A stretch of 64,000 nt of DNA from Ensifer sp. Lineage in GTDB: Bacteria; Pseudomonadota; Alphaproteobacteria; Rhizobiales; Rhizobiaceae. Each line of letters begins with the position of its first letter. Within the stretch, counting starts at the first letter, position 1. Positions 50,797 to 59,948 of the stretch are shown piece by piece. Made by a program: the position numbers and the translations under genes. The DNA lies in contig NZ_DASYHB010000121.1 in assembly GCF_035999185.1 (NCBI RefSeq), forward strand, positions 10,154 through 74,153, given 5' to 3'. Below the pieces are notes generated by a model, which saw only the letters and a list, made by a program, of their open reading frames with translations, was not told where the DNA came from and ran no database searches.

Positions 50797-51150
50797 ATGA
50801 CGCAGACGACGTCCAGAACTTTGACCAACAGGTCCTTGACCAAATCGCTGGCGGTACTGTCGGTTGCAGCCGCGGCCCAGACCTTCGGCTTGGCGGCATT
50901 TGCGCAGGCCAACATTTTCGACCAGTTTCCAGTCGTCGTCGCATGCGAATACAAGGGCACGCAGCACGCCTTCTATCTGTCCAAGGTGACGGCCGACGGT
51001 ACCGCGACCTATGTGGCTTCGGACAATTTTGCCGGCACGATCACGCTGACGGGTGCGGCCAAGGTGGTCGGCGCCGAAGAGGGTGGGAGCTGCCTTGGAA
51101 AGACGATCGAGGAGCTCAGGGCGTCGGGGCAGGCGCGCGATATCAAGTAG
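50797..51150 (+). CDS. Small exported hypothetical protein
   Basis: Signal-like Ala-rich segment ending AFAQA; two Cys; start uncertain. Confidence 0.6.
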   Translation: MTQTTSRTLTNRSLTKSLAVLSVAAAAQTFGLAAFAQANIFDQFPVVVACEYKGTQHAFYLSKVTADGTATYVASDNFAGTITLTGAAKVVGAEEGGSCLGKTIEELRASGQARDIK

Positions 51151-51446
51151 TCTGGTCGGCGCGCCCGGGCGGCGCGGCGGCCTGGTCCGTCGCCTGCAAC
51201 GAGAATAGCAAGCTATTGTTGGTACACTGTAAAATGCCGAACAGGACCTGAACGGCGTTCGCGTTGTAATTCGTGTTTGGTGGCACAGCCCCTAAGGCAA
51301 AGCGGCGTCAAAACCTGAAGTCTACGGAAAAAGGCTACTTTTCTAAGGTTCGGCGAAAGAACCGCTGCTTTAGAGTTTTCTGTTGTGGCAATCAGAAAAT
51401 CTGATCTACTGCGACCTCGTTGCTTGGCTTTCGGGGGATATTGCCG

Positions 51447-52136
51447 ATGGAGTTGACGCGCAGGGACATGATGCTTGGCAGTTTGGCGCTTCTCGGCGCC
51501 GGTGCGGCTCAGAGGCCGGCTTTTGCCAAGGCGACATCCTATTTTTCCGGCCCGGCCGTCGACAACGGCGTGACCTACCGCAGCACCAACTTCGCCAAGA
51601 TCGATCCGAAATGGCGGCGCCAGGTCGTCAAGTATTTCAGCAGCGAGCCGATCGGCACCGTCGTCGTCGATACGCGGCACCACTTCCTCTACCTGATCAT
51701 GGAGAACAAGACGGCCATCCGTTATGGCGTCGGCGTCGGGAAGGAGGGCTTCAAGTGGTATGGTCGCGCAACGATCGACCGCAAGTCGCTCTGGCCGCGC
51801 TGGACGCCACCGCCGGAGATGCGCGAACGCCATCCCGAACTGCCTGAATTCGTGGACGGCGGTTCGCCCAAGAACCCGCTTGGTCCCCGCGCCATGTATC
51901 TGCTTCGCGATGGCGTCGATACCGGCTATCGTTTCCACGGCACGCTGGAGCCGGGCAGCATCGGCAAGGATGCCTCCAGCGGCTGCATCCGCATGTTCAA
52001 CGAGGATGCGATCGATCTTTATCAGCGCTGCCCGATCGGCACCGCCGTGCAGGTCCTGCCGCATATCGCCGACAAAGCCCCCGAGGTCAGTCAAGCAACC
52101 CCGGCGGCAGTTCCGGTCGCAACCCCGGTCGAATAA
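51447..52136 (+). CDS. L,D-transpeptidase (YkuD family), Tat-exported
   Basis: Twin-Arg LTRRDMML; RYGVGVG, NPLGPRA, HGT...SSGCIRM catalytic motif. Confidence 0.92.
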   Translation: MELTRRDMMLGSLALLGAGAAQRPAFAKATSYFSGPAVDNGVTYRSTNFAKIDPKWRRQVVKYFSSEPIGTVVVDTRHHFLYLIMENKTAIRYGVGVGKEGFKWYGRATIDRKSLWPRWTPPPEMRERHPELPEFVDGGSPKNPLGPRAMYLLRDGVDTGYRFHGTLEPGSIGKDASSGCIRMFNEDAIDLYQRCPIGTAVQVLPHIADKAPEVSQATPAAVPVATPVE

Positions 52137-52150
52137 GGAATATCACCCCG

Positions 52151-52687
52151 ATGCCCGCTATGCCCGGATTTACGAGGCTGCTGTCTGCTGCGGCCATTCT
52201 GCTGACGCTGACCGCCTGCAACACCACCGAGATTGCCGCGGTCGAAGAGCCGGCCGCAGTCCCGATGACCGGAAAGACCGATGACCCGGCGCCCGGTTTC
52301 GAGACGGTTTCTGCCGGCACCGAAGAGGACTTCATCCTCAATGTCGGTCGCCGGACCTACTTCACGCAAGACTCCTCCGCACTCGACAGCGTTGCCAAGG
52401 CAACGCTCGACAAACAGGCGATCTGGCTCAACAGCAACCCGCGCTGGCTGGTCAAGCTGCAGGGCTTCTCCGACGACAGCGGTTCTGCCTCCAAGATGGA
52501 GACGCTGTCGCAGAAACGCGCCGACGCGGTCATGGCCTACCTCGTCTCGAAGGGCGTGGACGCAAACCGCCTGTGGGCGAAGGGCTACGGCAACGATCGC
52601 GAGGTCCGCGACTGCACCGAACGCTCCTGCAAGGTGCAAAACCGGCGGGTGGTAACGAACCTCAGGACGGAACGCGACGAGACTTGA
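52151..52687 (+). CDS. OmpA/Pal-like lipoprotein
   Basis: Lipobox LTAC; EDFILNVG..TYF, LSQKRA, GYG, NRRV. Confidence 0.85.
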   Translation: MPAMPGFTRLLSAAAILLTLTACNTTEIAAVEEPAAVPMTGKTDDPAPGFETVSAGTEEDFILNVGRRTYFTQDSSALDSVAKATLDKQAIWLNSNPRWLVKLQGFSDDSGSASKMETLSQKRADAVMAYLVSKGVDANRLWAKGYGNDREVRDCTERSCKVQNRRVVTNLRTERDET

Positions 52688-53131
52688 GCACGGATCGGTT
52701 CACGACGATTTGCCGGTTTGTGTGGCGGTCGGGAGGAACGGTGAAGTGCGGCCTAGTTGTTGCCGCGGCTCGGCTTGTTTCGCGTGAGATCTTGCCGAAG
52801 GGTCGGGATCGCAAGTGGGTTCAAGGCTTGACGGCGGCAAACGTTCCACTCTTCCAAGATGGCGCGGTGTTTTTCGGTCAAGCGCTGAACGATACTCCCT
52901 GACCAAGTGGCCTATCGTGCGATCTCCCAAGAAATTCGCGACCAGTTCCAGGAATTCGACGCTGCAACACGTCGCATAGTGCTCGACGCTCGACCTGACA
53001 TCTTGGCAATGAGAATCGGCGAACGGATTTCATGTCAGTCGAGGGAGGCCATCCGCGCAGGTGCCGGGGCAAGATCCTCGCTGCGGAAAGCGACCGCGGG
53101 CTCAGCGAACGTTTGTTTTCATTGAAAAAAA

Positions 53132-53208
53132 TGGCGCACCCGACAGGATTCGAACCTGTGACCTTTGGAATCGGAATCCAACACTCTATCCAGCTGAGCT
53201 ACGGGTGC
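53132..53208 (-). tRNA. tRNA-Arg(CCG)
   Basis: Reverse complement folds: GCACCCG/CGGGTGC acceptor, D-arm, TTGGA-TTCCGAT-TCCAA anticodon arm, GTTCGAATC T-loop, encoded CCA; 77 nt. Confidence 0.97.
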
Positions 53209-53532
53209 ATCCGTTGGCGGCAGGGCCGCCGAAGCAGGCTGTGAGCGGTTCTTAGCCTAGCTTGCGTGCGGCTTCAATGGCCAATCGCAAGAGATTGTGG
53301 TAGAAACAATGATCCTTCGCTGCGCTGTTGTCGTGGCGCATCGTTTCGGGCAAACGATGCGTCGGCTGAAGCGCATTATTGTGAAGCGGCATAACCCGCT
53401 TGGTGTAGCTAGAATTGGTCATGCGATCGTCCTTGCGACGACGGATGTCGCATTATAGATTTCATATTATAGAAAATACTAATTTAGATTGCCCGATGCT
53501 CCATTAACGTTTTTTAGCGAGGGGGCAGGTTT

Positions 53533-55077
53533 TTGGCCATTCGAAACCTCACGACCGGAGAACCGGCGTTGGAGAGGCTGCGCTCCGATCCCGCGTTGAT
53601 GTTACTTCTCGCCTTGTCGGCAGTGCTCTTCGTGCTGAACACCTGGAACGGCATCGGCATCCTTCCGGATTCGACCCGCTATATGCAGATCGTCAGCACG
53701 CCCTACGACGCGCCGCTTTACGCGTGGCTTTTGGGCGCCGGCGGATCCCTTGGGCTCGAACTCGAGCATGTCGCGCTGGGCGCTGCATTCCTGCTCTATC
53801 TTCTGAACACCTATCTCGTCTTCTCGCTGTTCAAGACGGCGTTGCCGGACCAGCCGTTCTATGTGACCGTTGGGACGCTGCTGATCATCGTCCATCCGAC
53901 CTTCCTCTGGACGAGCACCATCGCGATGTCCGAGGCGCTGTTCCTGGCGCTGACGTTTCTCGCCGTCCGTTTTTTCATGCGCTACATGCGGGAGCAGGGG
54001 CGGGGGGCTTTGCTAGCGTCGTCGGCCTGCATCGGTCTTGCCATGCTCGCCCGTTTCGTGGCGCCACCAATCGGCGCGGCTTTTGCAACCATTGCGCTGT
54101 TTTACAATTCGGCGCGCTCCCTGCGCCAGAAGCTGGTTGACGTCGTCATCCTTTTTATCGGCAGCGCCGGTATCTTCCTCGCCTGGGTGATCGTCAGCAA
54201 GCTCCTTGTCGGCCGGGCTGTTGGCCGCGCGGTCTGGTTTTATGGCAACGCTGACGCGGAGCGCTGGCTCGCCGGCCTGTCCCTGCTTGCGAGCTTCCTG
54301 TTACCAAGTCAGGTGCCGCAGATCATCCGCATTCCGGTGCTGCTTCTGGCGCTTGTCATTGCAACGGCGGTCCTGGTTTTAACCCTCAAGCGGAACTGGC
54401 CCGAACGCAAGCCCGACGATCGCGATCTGATCGTGCTCATCTTCGGTCTGTTTGGATATTTCTACCTGCTGTTCGTCGTGCTCGCGGTGCATGTGGAGGC
54501 GAACCTGCAGCTCAACTCGCGCTACTCGCTGCCCTTCTATGTCGGGATCATGTTCGTCCTGGTGATTGCAGCGGCAGACTACTGCGGCCGGCGCGCTTCC
54601 GCCCCGGTCGCCCGTCGATCGATCGCCATTATTCTGCTTTGCCTTCTCTCCATCCACACGCTGCGCAGTGCCGCGCAAACCACCGAGGCCTTCCGGGACG
54701 GCGTCGGCTTTCAAAGTACTGCATGGAAATCGTCGCCGATCGTCGGCGCCGTGCGGGCGCTGCCGGCGGACGCGGTCATTTTCACCAATGCCTGCGACCC
54801 GCTGAATTTTCTTACGCGCCGCTGGACGGATTGGATCCCCTCCTACAGCGAGAGGCGGACCGGCCTTGAAAGCGACGCCGGCCCGCTGGATGCGCAGCTC
54901 GTGCGCCTGCGCGAGGATCTGGTGAAAAAGAAGGCCTATGTCGTCTTCGTCGATGCGATCGACTGGCGGTTTTATCTGGTGACGGAGAAGGAGCTGGTCA
55001 AGCTCGCCAAGCTGAAGCTTGTGCGCTCGGAGAGGGACGGCCGCATCTACCAGGCGGAAGATGCCATCGCGCCATAG
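53533..55077 (+). CDS. Polytopic GT-C-type glycosyltransferase (ArnT/PMT-like)
   Basis: Roughly 11-13 hydrophobic segments, PDSTRY in first outer loop, MSEALF, RY..P before a soluble C-terminal domain; TTG start. Confidence 0.65.
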   Translation: MAIRNLTTGEPALERLRSDPALMLLLALSAVLFVLNTWNGIGILPDSTRYMQIVSTPYDAPLYAWLLGAGGSLGLELEHVALGAAFLLYLLNTYLVFSLFKTALPDQPFYVTVGTLLIIVHPTFLWTSTIAMSEALFLALTFLAVRFFMRYMREQGRGALLASSACIGLAMLARFVAPPIGAAFATIALFYNSARSLRQKLVDVVILFIGSAGIFLAWVIVSKLLVGRAVGRAVWFYGNADAERWLAGLSLLASFLLPSQVPQIIRIPVLLLALVIATAVLVLTLKRNWPERKPDDRDLIVLIFGLFGYFYLLFVVLAVHVEANLQLNSRYSLPFYVGIMFVLVIAAADYCGRRASAPVARRSIAIILLCLLSIHTLRSAAQTTEAFRDGVGFQSTAWKSSPIVGAVRALPADAVIFTNACDPLNFLTRRWTDWIPSYSERRTGLESDAGPLDAQLVRLREDLVKKKAYVVFVDAIDWRFYLVTEKELVKLAKLKLVRSERDGRIYQAEDAIAP

Positions 55078-55123
55078 GGGGCGCCGGGACAGGAGCATGT
55101 GATCTTAATCCAAGGAGAAGGAC

Positions 55124-56134
55124 ATGCCTGCAAACCAGGAAAACACGACAAGCATCGAAACGGTCGGCGTTCTGCCGCAGCCGCAGGGACAGATGGCCGA
55201 TTACCTGTCCCTTGCCCGCTTCGATCACGTCACAAAGCATGTCTTCATCCTGCCAGGGCTCATCCTTGCCTGTGCGCTCACCGCGCCGGATTTCGCCTCC
55301 CTCGCCATCAACATCCCCGTTGGGCTCCTGAGCGCGGTGTGCATCGCGTCGGCCAACTATGTCATCAACGAGTGGCTGGATCGGGAAAGAGATGCGGCGC
55401 ATCCGACCAAGTCGAAGCGCCGCGCCGTGGTCGTCGAGATGCAGCCCCGCATCGTCTACGGCGAATACCTGCTTCTCGCCATTGCCGGATTGCTGCTTGC
55501 GGCGGTCATCGGCAAGCTGTTCTTCGCGACCTCGGTGCTCTTTCTGCTTTCGGGCATTGTCTACAATGTCGAGCCGATCCGGGCGAAGGACAAACCCTAT
55601 CTCGATGTGCTGACGGAGTGCCTCAACAACCCCATCCGGTTCCTTCTCGGCTGGGCAATCGTCGACCAGGTGACCCTGCCGCCGATCAGCGTGCTCGCCG
55701 CCTACTGGATGGCCGGCGCCTTTCTGATGGCCGCCAAGCGGCTTGGCGAATACCGCGACATTGCTTCCCATGCGGGCGTTGCCGTGCTGAAGAAGTATCG
55801 ACGGTCGTTTGAATACTACACGGAGGAGAGCCTCACGGTTTCCTGCTTCGTCTATGCGATGATGACGGCGTTCCTCTTGGGGGTCTTCCTGGTCAAGTAC
55901 CGGGTGGAATACATCCTCGTCTTTCCGTTCATCAGCGGGCTCTTTGCCGTCTATCTCTGGCTTGCCACCCGCCCGGGCTCGGTGGTGCAACGGCCTGAAC
56001 GGTTGTTTCACTCGCGCCGGCTGGACGTGATGCTGGCCTTGACCGTCATCGTCTTCCTGTTCGCAAGCTTCGTCGACGTGCCGATACTTGACTTCATGGC
56101 CGCCTCGTTCCTCGTGCCGGTATCGTCGCTGTAA
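55124..56134 (+). CDS. UbiA-family polyprenyl-phosphate phosphoribosyltransferase (Rv3806c/NoeC-like)
   Basis: YVINEWLDRERDAAHPTKSKRR, YLDVL, NNPIR, KRLGEYR...YRRSFEYYT. Confidence 0.82.
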   Translation: MPANQENTTSIETVGVLPQPQGQMADYLSLARFDHVTKHVFILPGLILACALTAPDFASLAINIPVGLLSAVCIASANYVINEWLDRERDAAHPTKSKRRAVVVEMQPRIVYGEYLLLAIAGLLLAAVIGKLFFATSVLFLLSGIVYNVEPIRAKDKPYLDVLTECLNNPIRFLLGWAIVDQVTLPPISVLAAYWMAGAFLMAAKRLGEYRDIASHAGVAVLKKYRRSFEYYTEESLTVSCFVYAMMTAFLLGVFLVKYRVEYILVFPFISGLFAVYLWLATRPGSVVQRPERLFHSRRLDVMLALTVIVFLFASFVDVPILDFMAASFLVPVSSL

Positions 56135-56889
56135 TGGTGGGCTCCAGACTGCCGAATGGCGCTGTTGACTGGGATCAATTGCGCCTTGTCGTCTTCGATC
56201 TGGACGGCACGCTCTACGACCAGCGGCGGTTGCGCAGCGTCATGCTGCTGAGGCTTCTTGCCGATGCGGTACGCACGCGCAGTCTCGACAAGCTTCGCAT
56301 CTTGAGGGCCTTTCGGGACTGCCGCGAGGAGCTTGGCGAAGCGATGGCAACGGACATCGCCACACGGCAATTCGCGCTTGCGGCCGAGCGTTGCGGACGC
56401 CCGGTCGCAACCGTGAAGGCAACGGTCGAGGAATGGATCGAGCGCCGGCCTCTCGATATTCTGCGCTCCTGCCGCTGTCGCGGGGTCGAGCGAGTGTTCG
56501 CGGGCCTTGCGGCTGAGGGAAAAACGCTCGCGGTCCTTTCGGATTACCCGGCTGCAAGGAAGCTGAAGGCCCTCGGCCTCGACGCGGACATTGTCGTCTG
56601 CGGGACTGACCCCGAGGTCGGCGTTCTGAAACCGCATCCGGCCGGCCTTGCCCACGTGCTCAACCGTGCGCAGGCAACTCCCGAAACGGCGATCATGATC
56701 GGCGACCGGGTCGACCGTGACGGGGCTGTTGCCAAGGGCCTCGGCATGCGGGCGCTGATCCGCAGTGCCCGGCCGATTGCGGGTGTCGATACATTCCGCG
56801 GCTATGACGACGAAATCTTTCGTCCCCTGACCGAGCGGCTCGGGGTGGCCGCCGCGGCGTCGCCGTCCTCCGTCACGACATCATCTTGA
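56134..56889 (+). CDS. HAD-family phosphatase
   Basis: FDLDGTLYD, LSD, KPHP, IGDR; TAATG coupling to the UbiA gene. Confidence 0.85.
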   Translation: MVGSRLPNGAVDWDQLRLVVFDLDGTLYDQRRLRSVMLLRLLADAVRTRSLDKLRILRAFRDCREELGEAMATDIATRQFALAAERCGRPVATVKATVEEWIERRPLDILRSCRCRGVERVFAGLAAEGKTLAVLSDYPAARKLKALGLDADIVVCGTDPEVGVLKPHPAGLAHVLNRAQATPETAIMIGDRVDRDGAVAKGLGMRALIRSARPIAGVDTFRGYDDEIFRPLTERLGVAAAASPSSVTTSS

Positions 56890-57901
56890 GCAGCCAGAGC
56901 GCGCCCTGCTTGATCGGGGTGCGGTGCGGGCTCTTTGCGGTGACGGCGGCTGCGATCTTGGAACTCTTCAGGTACCAGTCGTAGCTCTCCTGCAGCATGG
57001 CTTCGTTGGAGTATTTCGGGCGCCACCCCATGGCAAGCAGCGGCTCGACGTCGAAGTAGCACTCCTTGTGGTAGGTCAGGTAGTGCCAGGGCACCAGGGG
57101 CGAGACCCGGAGCCAGTGCAGCGTGCGAAGCGTGTTGATGGTGAGGCCCGTCGGCAGGCTTCTCACCTTCGAGGTGCTGCCCGCATAGCGCACCAGGGCC
57201 TCCAGATCGTGGCGCAACGTGCCGAAGCGATCCGTGCCGACGTTGTAGGTGCCGCTCCTGCCGGCGTTCAGCGCCAGCATGTAGAAGTCCATGAGGTCAT
57301 GGGCGTGGACGAACTGGAACTTGATGTTGCCGGATCCGATGACATAGACCGCGCGGTTCTCGGTGATCCATTCGAACAGGATCTGGAAGATGCCGAGCCG
57401 GCCGCTGCCGAGCGTCGCGCGCGGGCGGATGGTGATCAGCGTCATGTCGGCCGCCTGGCAGATTGCCTCGGCCAGTTCTTCGCCGGCGCGCTTGGATTTG
57501 CCGTAGGGCTCGACCGGGCGAAGGGGCGTGGCTGCCGTGATCGGGCCGGAGGGCGGGATGCCATAGGCGGCGGTCGAGCTGACATGGATCAGCGACCTGA
57601 CGCCGGCCCTGGCCGCTTCCTCGCAGACGATGCGCGTTCCCTCGACGTTGACGTTCCAGTAGTCGCGGCCGGCATCCGTCTGCGCCACGAGGGCTGCATT
57701 GTGGTGCACGACGTCGACATCGCGCATGGCGGCCCGCACGCCGTCGCGATCGAGAACGGAGCAGTTGACGAACTCGATGTCCTTTGGACGGGTCTGATCT
57801 TCCCAGACGTCGAGGACCCGCACCTGGTCGCCCTGTTCGCGCAGCCGCCTGGCGGCAAGGTTGCCGATGAAGCCTGATCCGCCGGTGATGAGATGCCGCA
57901 T
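56873..57901 (-). CDS. NAD-dependent epimerase/dehydratase (extended SDR)
   Basis: TGGSGFIG, HNAA, SSTAAYG, YGKSK. Confidence 0.88.
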   Translation of the reverse strand: MRHLITGGSGFIGNLAARRLREQGDQVRVLDVWEDQTRPKDIEFVNCSVLDRDGVRAAMRDVDVVHHNAALVAQTDAGRDYWNVNVEGTRIVCEEAARAGVRSLIHVSSTAAYGIPPSGPITAATPLRPVEPYGKSKRAGEELAEAICQAADMTLITIRPRATLGSGRLGIFQILFEWITENRAVYVIGSGNIKFQFVHAHDLMDFYMLALNAGRSGTYNVGTDRFGTLRHDLEALVRYAGSTSKVRSLPTGLTINTLRTLHWLRVSPLVPWHYLTYHKECYFDVEPLLAMGWRPKYSNEAMLQESYDWYLKSSKIAAAVTAKSPHRTPIKQGALWLLKMMS

Positions 57902-57935
57902 ATGTCCCTCCAGGCCCTCTAAGGGGAGTGTCTGA

Positions 57936-59408
57936 TCAGATCGCTCGATCCTCGAGCGCGCGGGTGACGTTGCGATGGGCGACCGCCATGACGGTGCCCT
58001 GTGGGTTGACGACCGTCGGGCCGCACAGAAGCGAAGCGTCGGCGATGTAGAGATTGGTGGCGCCGTGCACGCGCCCGAACGAATTGGCCGCACACTTCTC
58101 GGCGTTCTCGCCCATCGGACAGGAAGAGAAGAGGTGAAGCGCGGTGGCATTCGCCTGCTTGGGTGGCAGCGTTTCGGGAAGCCTGGCGATGTCTGCCAGC
58201 GACCGCAGCACCGGGTAGCCAGGGATGCTCGGATAGACGGCAAGCGCGCCGGCGGCAAAGAGAACCTCGGCGAGGCGCGCAAGGCCGTCTGCCAGTTCCT
58301 TCAGGTCCGCAGGCTGAAGGCCGACGCGCACCAGCGGGTCGCGAAAGCCGGGCAGGGAGCGTACCTTGCCGGATCCGCCGGTGCTCTGCACGTAGTAGAT
58401 CGCCATGCGCCGCCAATCCTGGTCGACCGTGTCGATCATGTCAGGGTGCGCAGCCATGGCGAGCGCCAGTGCCGGCCGCTTGCTCATCGAGCAGCCCATG
58501 CTGAAACGCGGGTCGAATTCCTTGATCTGGTGCACCGGCTCAAGTTCGCCGGGGGTGTTGAGTTCGTCCGGGAAGACCGCCACCACCTTCAGCATCGGAT
58601 GGAAGCGCAGGCTGTCGCCCACGTGGCGGGTGATGCCCGAGCGTCGCAGCAGCCAAGGGGTTTGCACCGCGCCGCCGGCGATAAAGACGGTTTTCGCCTT
58701 CAGTTCGATCTGGCGCGGTCCGCCCGCGCCGTTGCTGCGCGCCTGGACCAGCCATTGCCCGTTCGACTGGGTGAGTTTGGTGGCGCAGGTCTCGGGCATC
58801 AACATGCCGCCGGCCTGCAGGAAGCGCGGCACGAAGGTTTCCGACATGGATTGCTTGCGGCCGGGCGCGCCGCCCGCCGCACCTGCCGCGTAGGCATAAA
58901 GGCGCGGCACTTCGAGAGATGACCAGCCGAGCCGCCGTGCTCCCTCATCGAGCCGCACCGAAAGTTGCGGCGCCGGGCCCGGCAGGTACTCGACCCTTGC
59001 CACCGCCTCGCAGGCGTCAAAATGCGGGACGAGCTCTTCAAGGCTCAGCGCGTCCACCCGATAGTCCTTGGCCCAGCGGTCAAGAACCGACGATGAGGTG
59101 CGGTGATAGAGGCCCCGGTTGATCTCGCTTCCGCCGCCGACGCAACGCCCTTCGACATAGGCGATCTTGGTGGCGCCGAAGCCGATGTTGACGCCGGCGT
59201 TGCGGTACTTCTGCAAGATTTCTTCGCGGGAGAAATGCGGGGCCGAGTCCAGGGACAGATGCGGGCCTTCCTCGAGCATCAGCACGGATTTTCCGGCTTC
59301 CGCGCATCGGGTGGCGGTCACCGCCCCGCCCGGGCCGGATCCAATGACGATGACGTCGGGGACGAGCCTCTCAGGGGCCGGCCGGCGCTCCGATTGCGAC
59401 AGGTTCAT
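57936..59408 (-). CDS. GMC-family FAD oxidoreductase
   Basis: VIGSGPGG, GRCVGGGSEIN, LHLFSSCPMG, DAS, NPQGT. Confidence 0.88.
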   Translation of the reverse strand: MNLSQSERRPAPERLVPDVIVIGSGPGGAVTATRCAEAGKSVLMLEEGPHLSLDSAPHFSREEILQKYRNAGVNIGFGATKIAYVEGRCVGGGSEINRGLYHRTSSSVLDRWAKDYRVDALSLEELVPHFDACEAVARVEYLPGPAPQLSVRLDEGARRLGWSSLEVPRLYAYAAGAAGGAPGRKQSMSETFVPRFLQAGGMLMPETCATKLTQSNGQWLVQARSNGAGGPRQIELKAKTVFIAGGAVQTPWLLRRSGITRHVGDSLRFHPMLKVVAVFPDELNTPGELEPVHQIKEFDPRFSMGCSMSKRPALALAMAAHPDMIDTVDQDWRRMAIYYVQSTGGSGKVRSLPGFRDPLVRVGLQPADLKELADGLARLAEVLFAAGALAVYPSIPGYPVLRSLADIARLPETLPPKQANATALHLFSSCPMGENAEKCAANSFGRVHGATNLYIADASLLCGPTVVNPQGTVMAVAHRNVTRALEDRAI

Positions 59409-59769
59409 GCTGATAGTCCTGGCCGTAAAGGTCTGAGTAAATACCGAATAATGCCAATGAAACATGGAACTCGACAAAGCGCCGCTTGAACTCCAGGCGG
59501 GACCGCCGCCATTTGTCGAGTTCGCTCAGCCGATTTTCGAGCGGAAGCTGATGAAAAAATTTGCCTCTGCTGAGCAGGGGCCAGGCATTGAAAAGAAGCA
59601 CGAGAATATGGAAGGGCGGACGCAGATAGTCCGGCATCTGCCGGTGGACACGAAGCAGAAATTCCGCGGCGCGCACGCCCAAGGCGCCCCGCTTGTCATC
59701 GACAGAGCCGCGTTCATGGGCAATCGTCTCGCCGAGCGCCAGGATGGCCTGTTGAAAATGCTGCGACAT
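59371..59769 (-). CDS. Small protein resembling gluconate 2-dehydrogenase subunit 3 / GMC partner
   Basis: F..L..E.R...L..W..S...KR helical pattern; overlaps the GMC start. Confidence 0.55.
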   Translation of the reverse strand: MSQHFQQAILALGETIAHERGSVDDKRGALGVRAAEFLLRVHRQMPDYLRPPFHILVLLFNAWPLLSRGKFFHQLPLENRLSELDKWRRSRLEFKRRFVEFHVSLALFGIYSDLYGQDYQHEPVAIGAPAGP

Positions 59770-59948
59770 GACCGAGCCCGTTATCAAACCGGCCCCATCT
59801 GCGGAGCCTGAGACTGTTCTGATGAATACGGCTGCCTGCTCTTTACTGTTAGTATTTCTATCTGCTCTTATAAGCAAAAGCTACTAAAACATTGGTTCCG
59901 GCTGGTCGCCGGTCGTGATCCTCGACTGCCAAATGCTGAGGCAACCGG

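Noticed and set aside
52735-52758. GGAAC-N15-AGTT possible EcfG promoter
   Set aside because: Spacer short, -10 mismatched, and no supported downstream gene
52907-53125. 72-aa ORF just downstream of the tRNA 3' end
   Set aside because: GTG start without an RBS and no recognisable motif; could be a remnant but cannot be supported
53337-53361. 10-bp hairpin CGCATCGTTT/AAACGATGCG upstream of the tRNA
   Set aside because: Single copy, no U-tract, no assignable function
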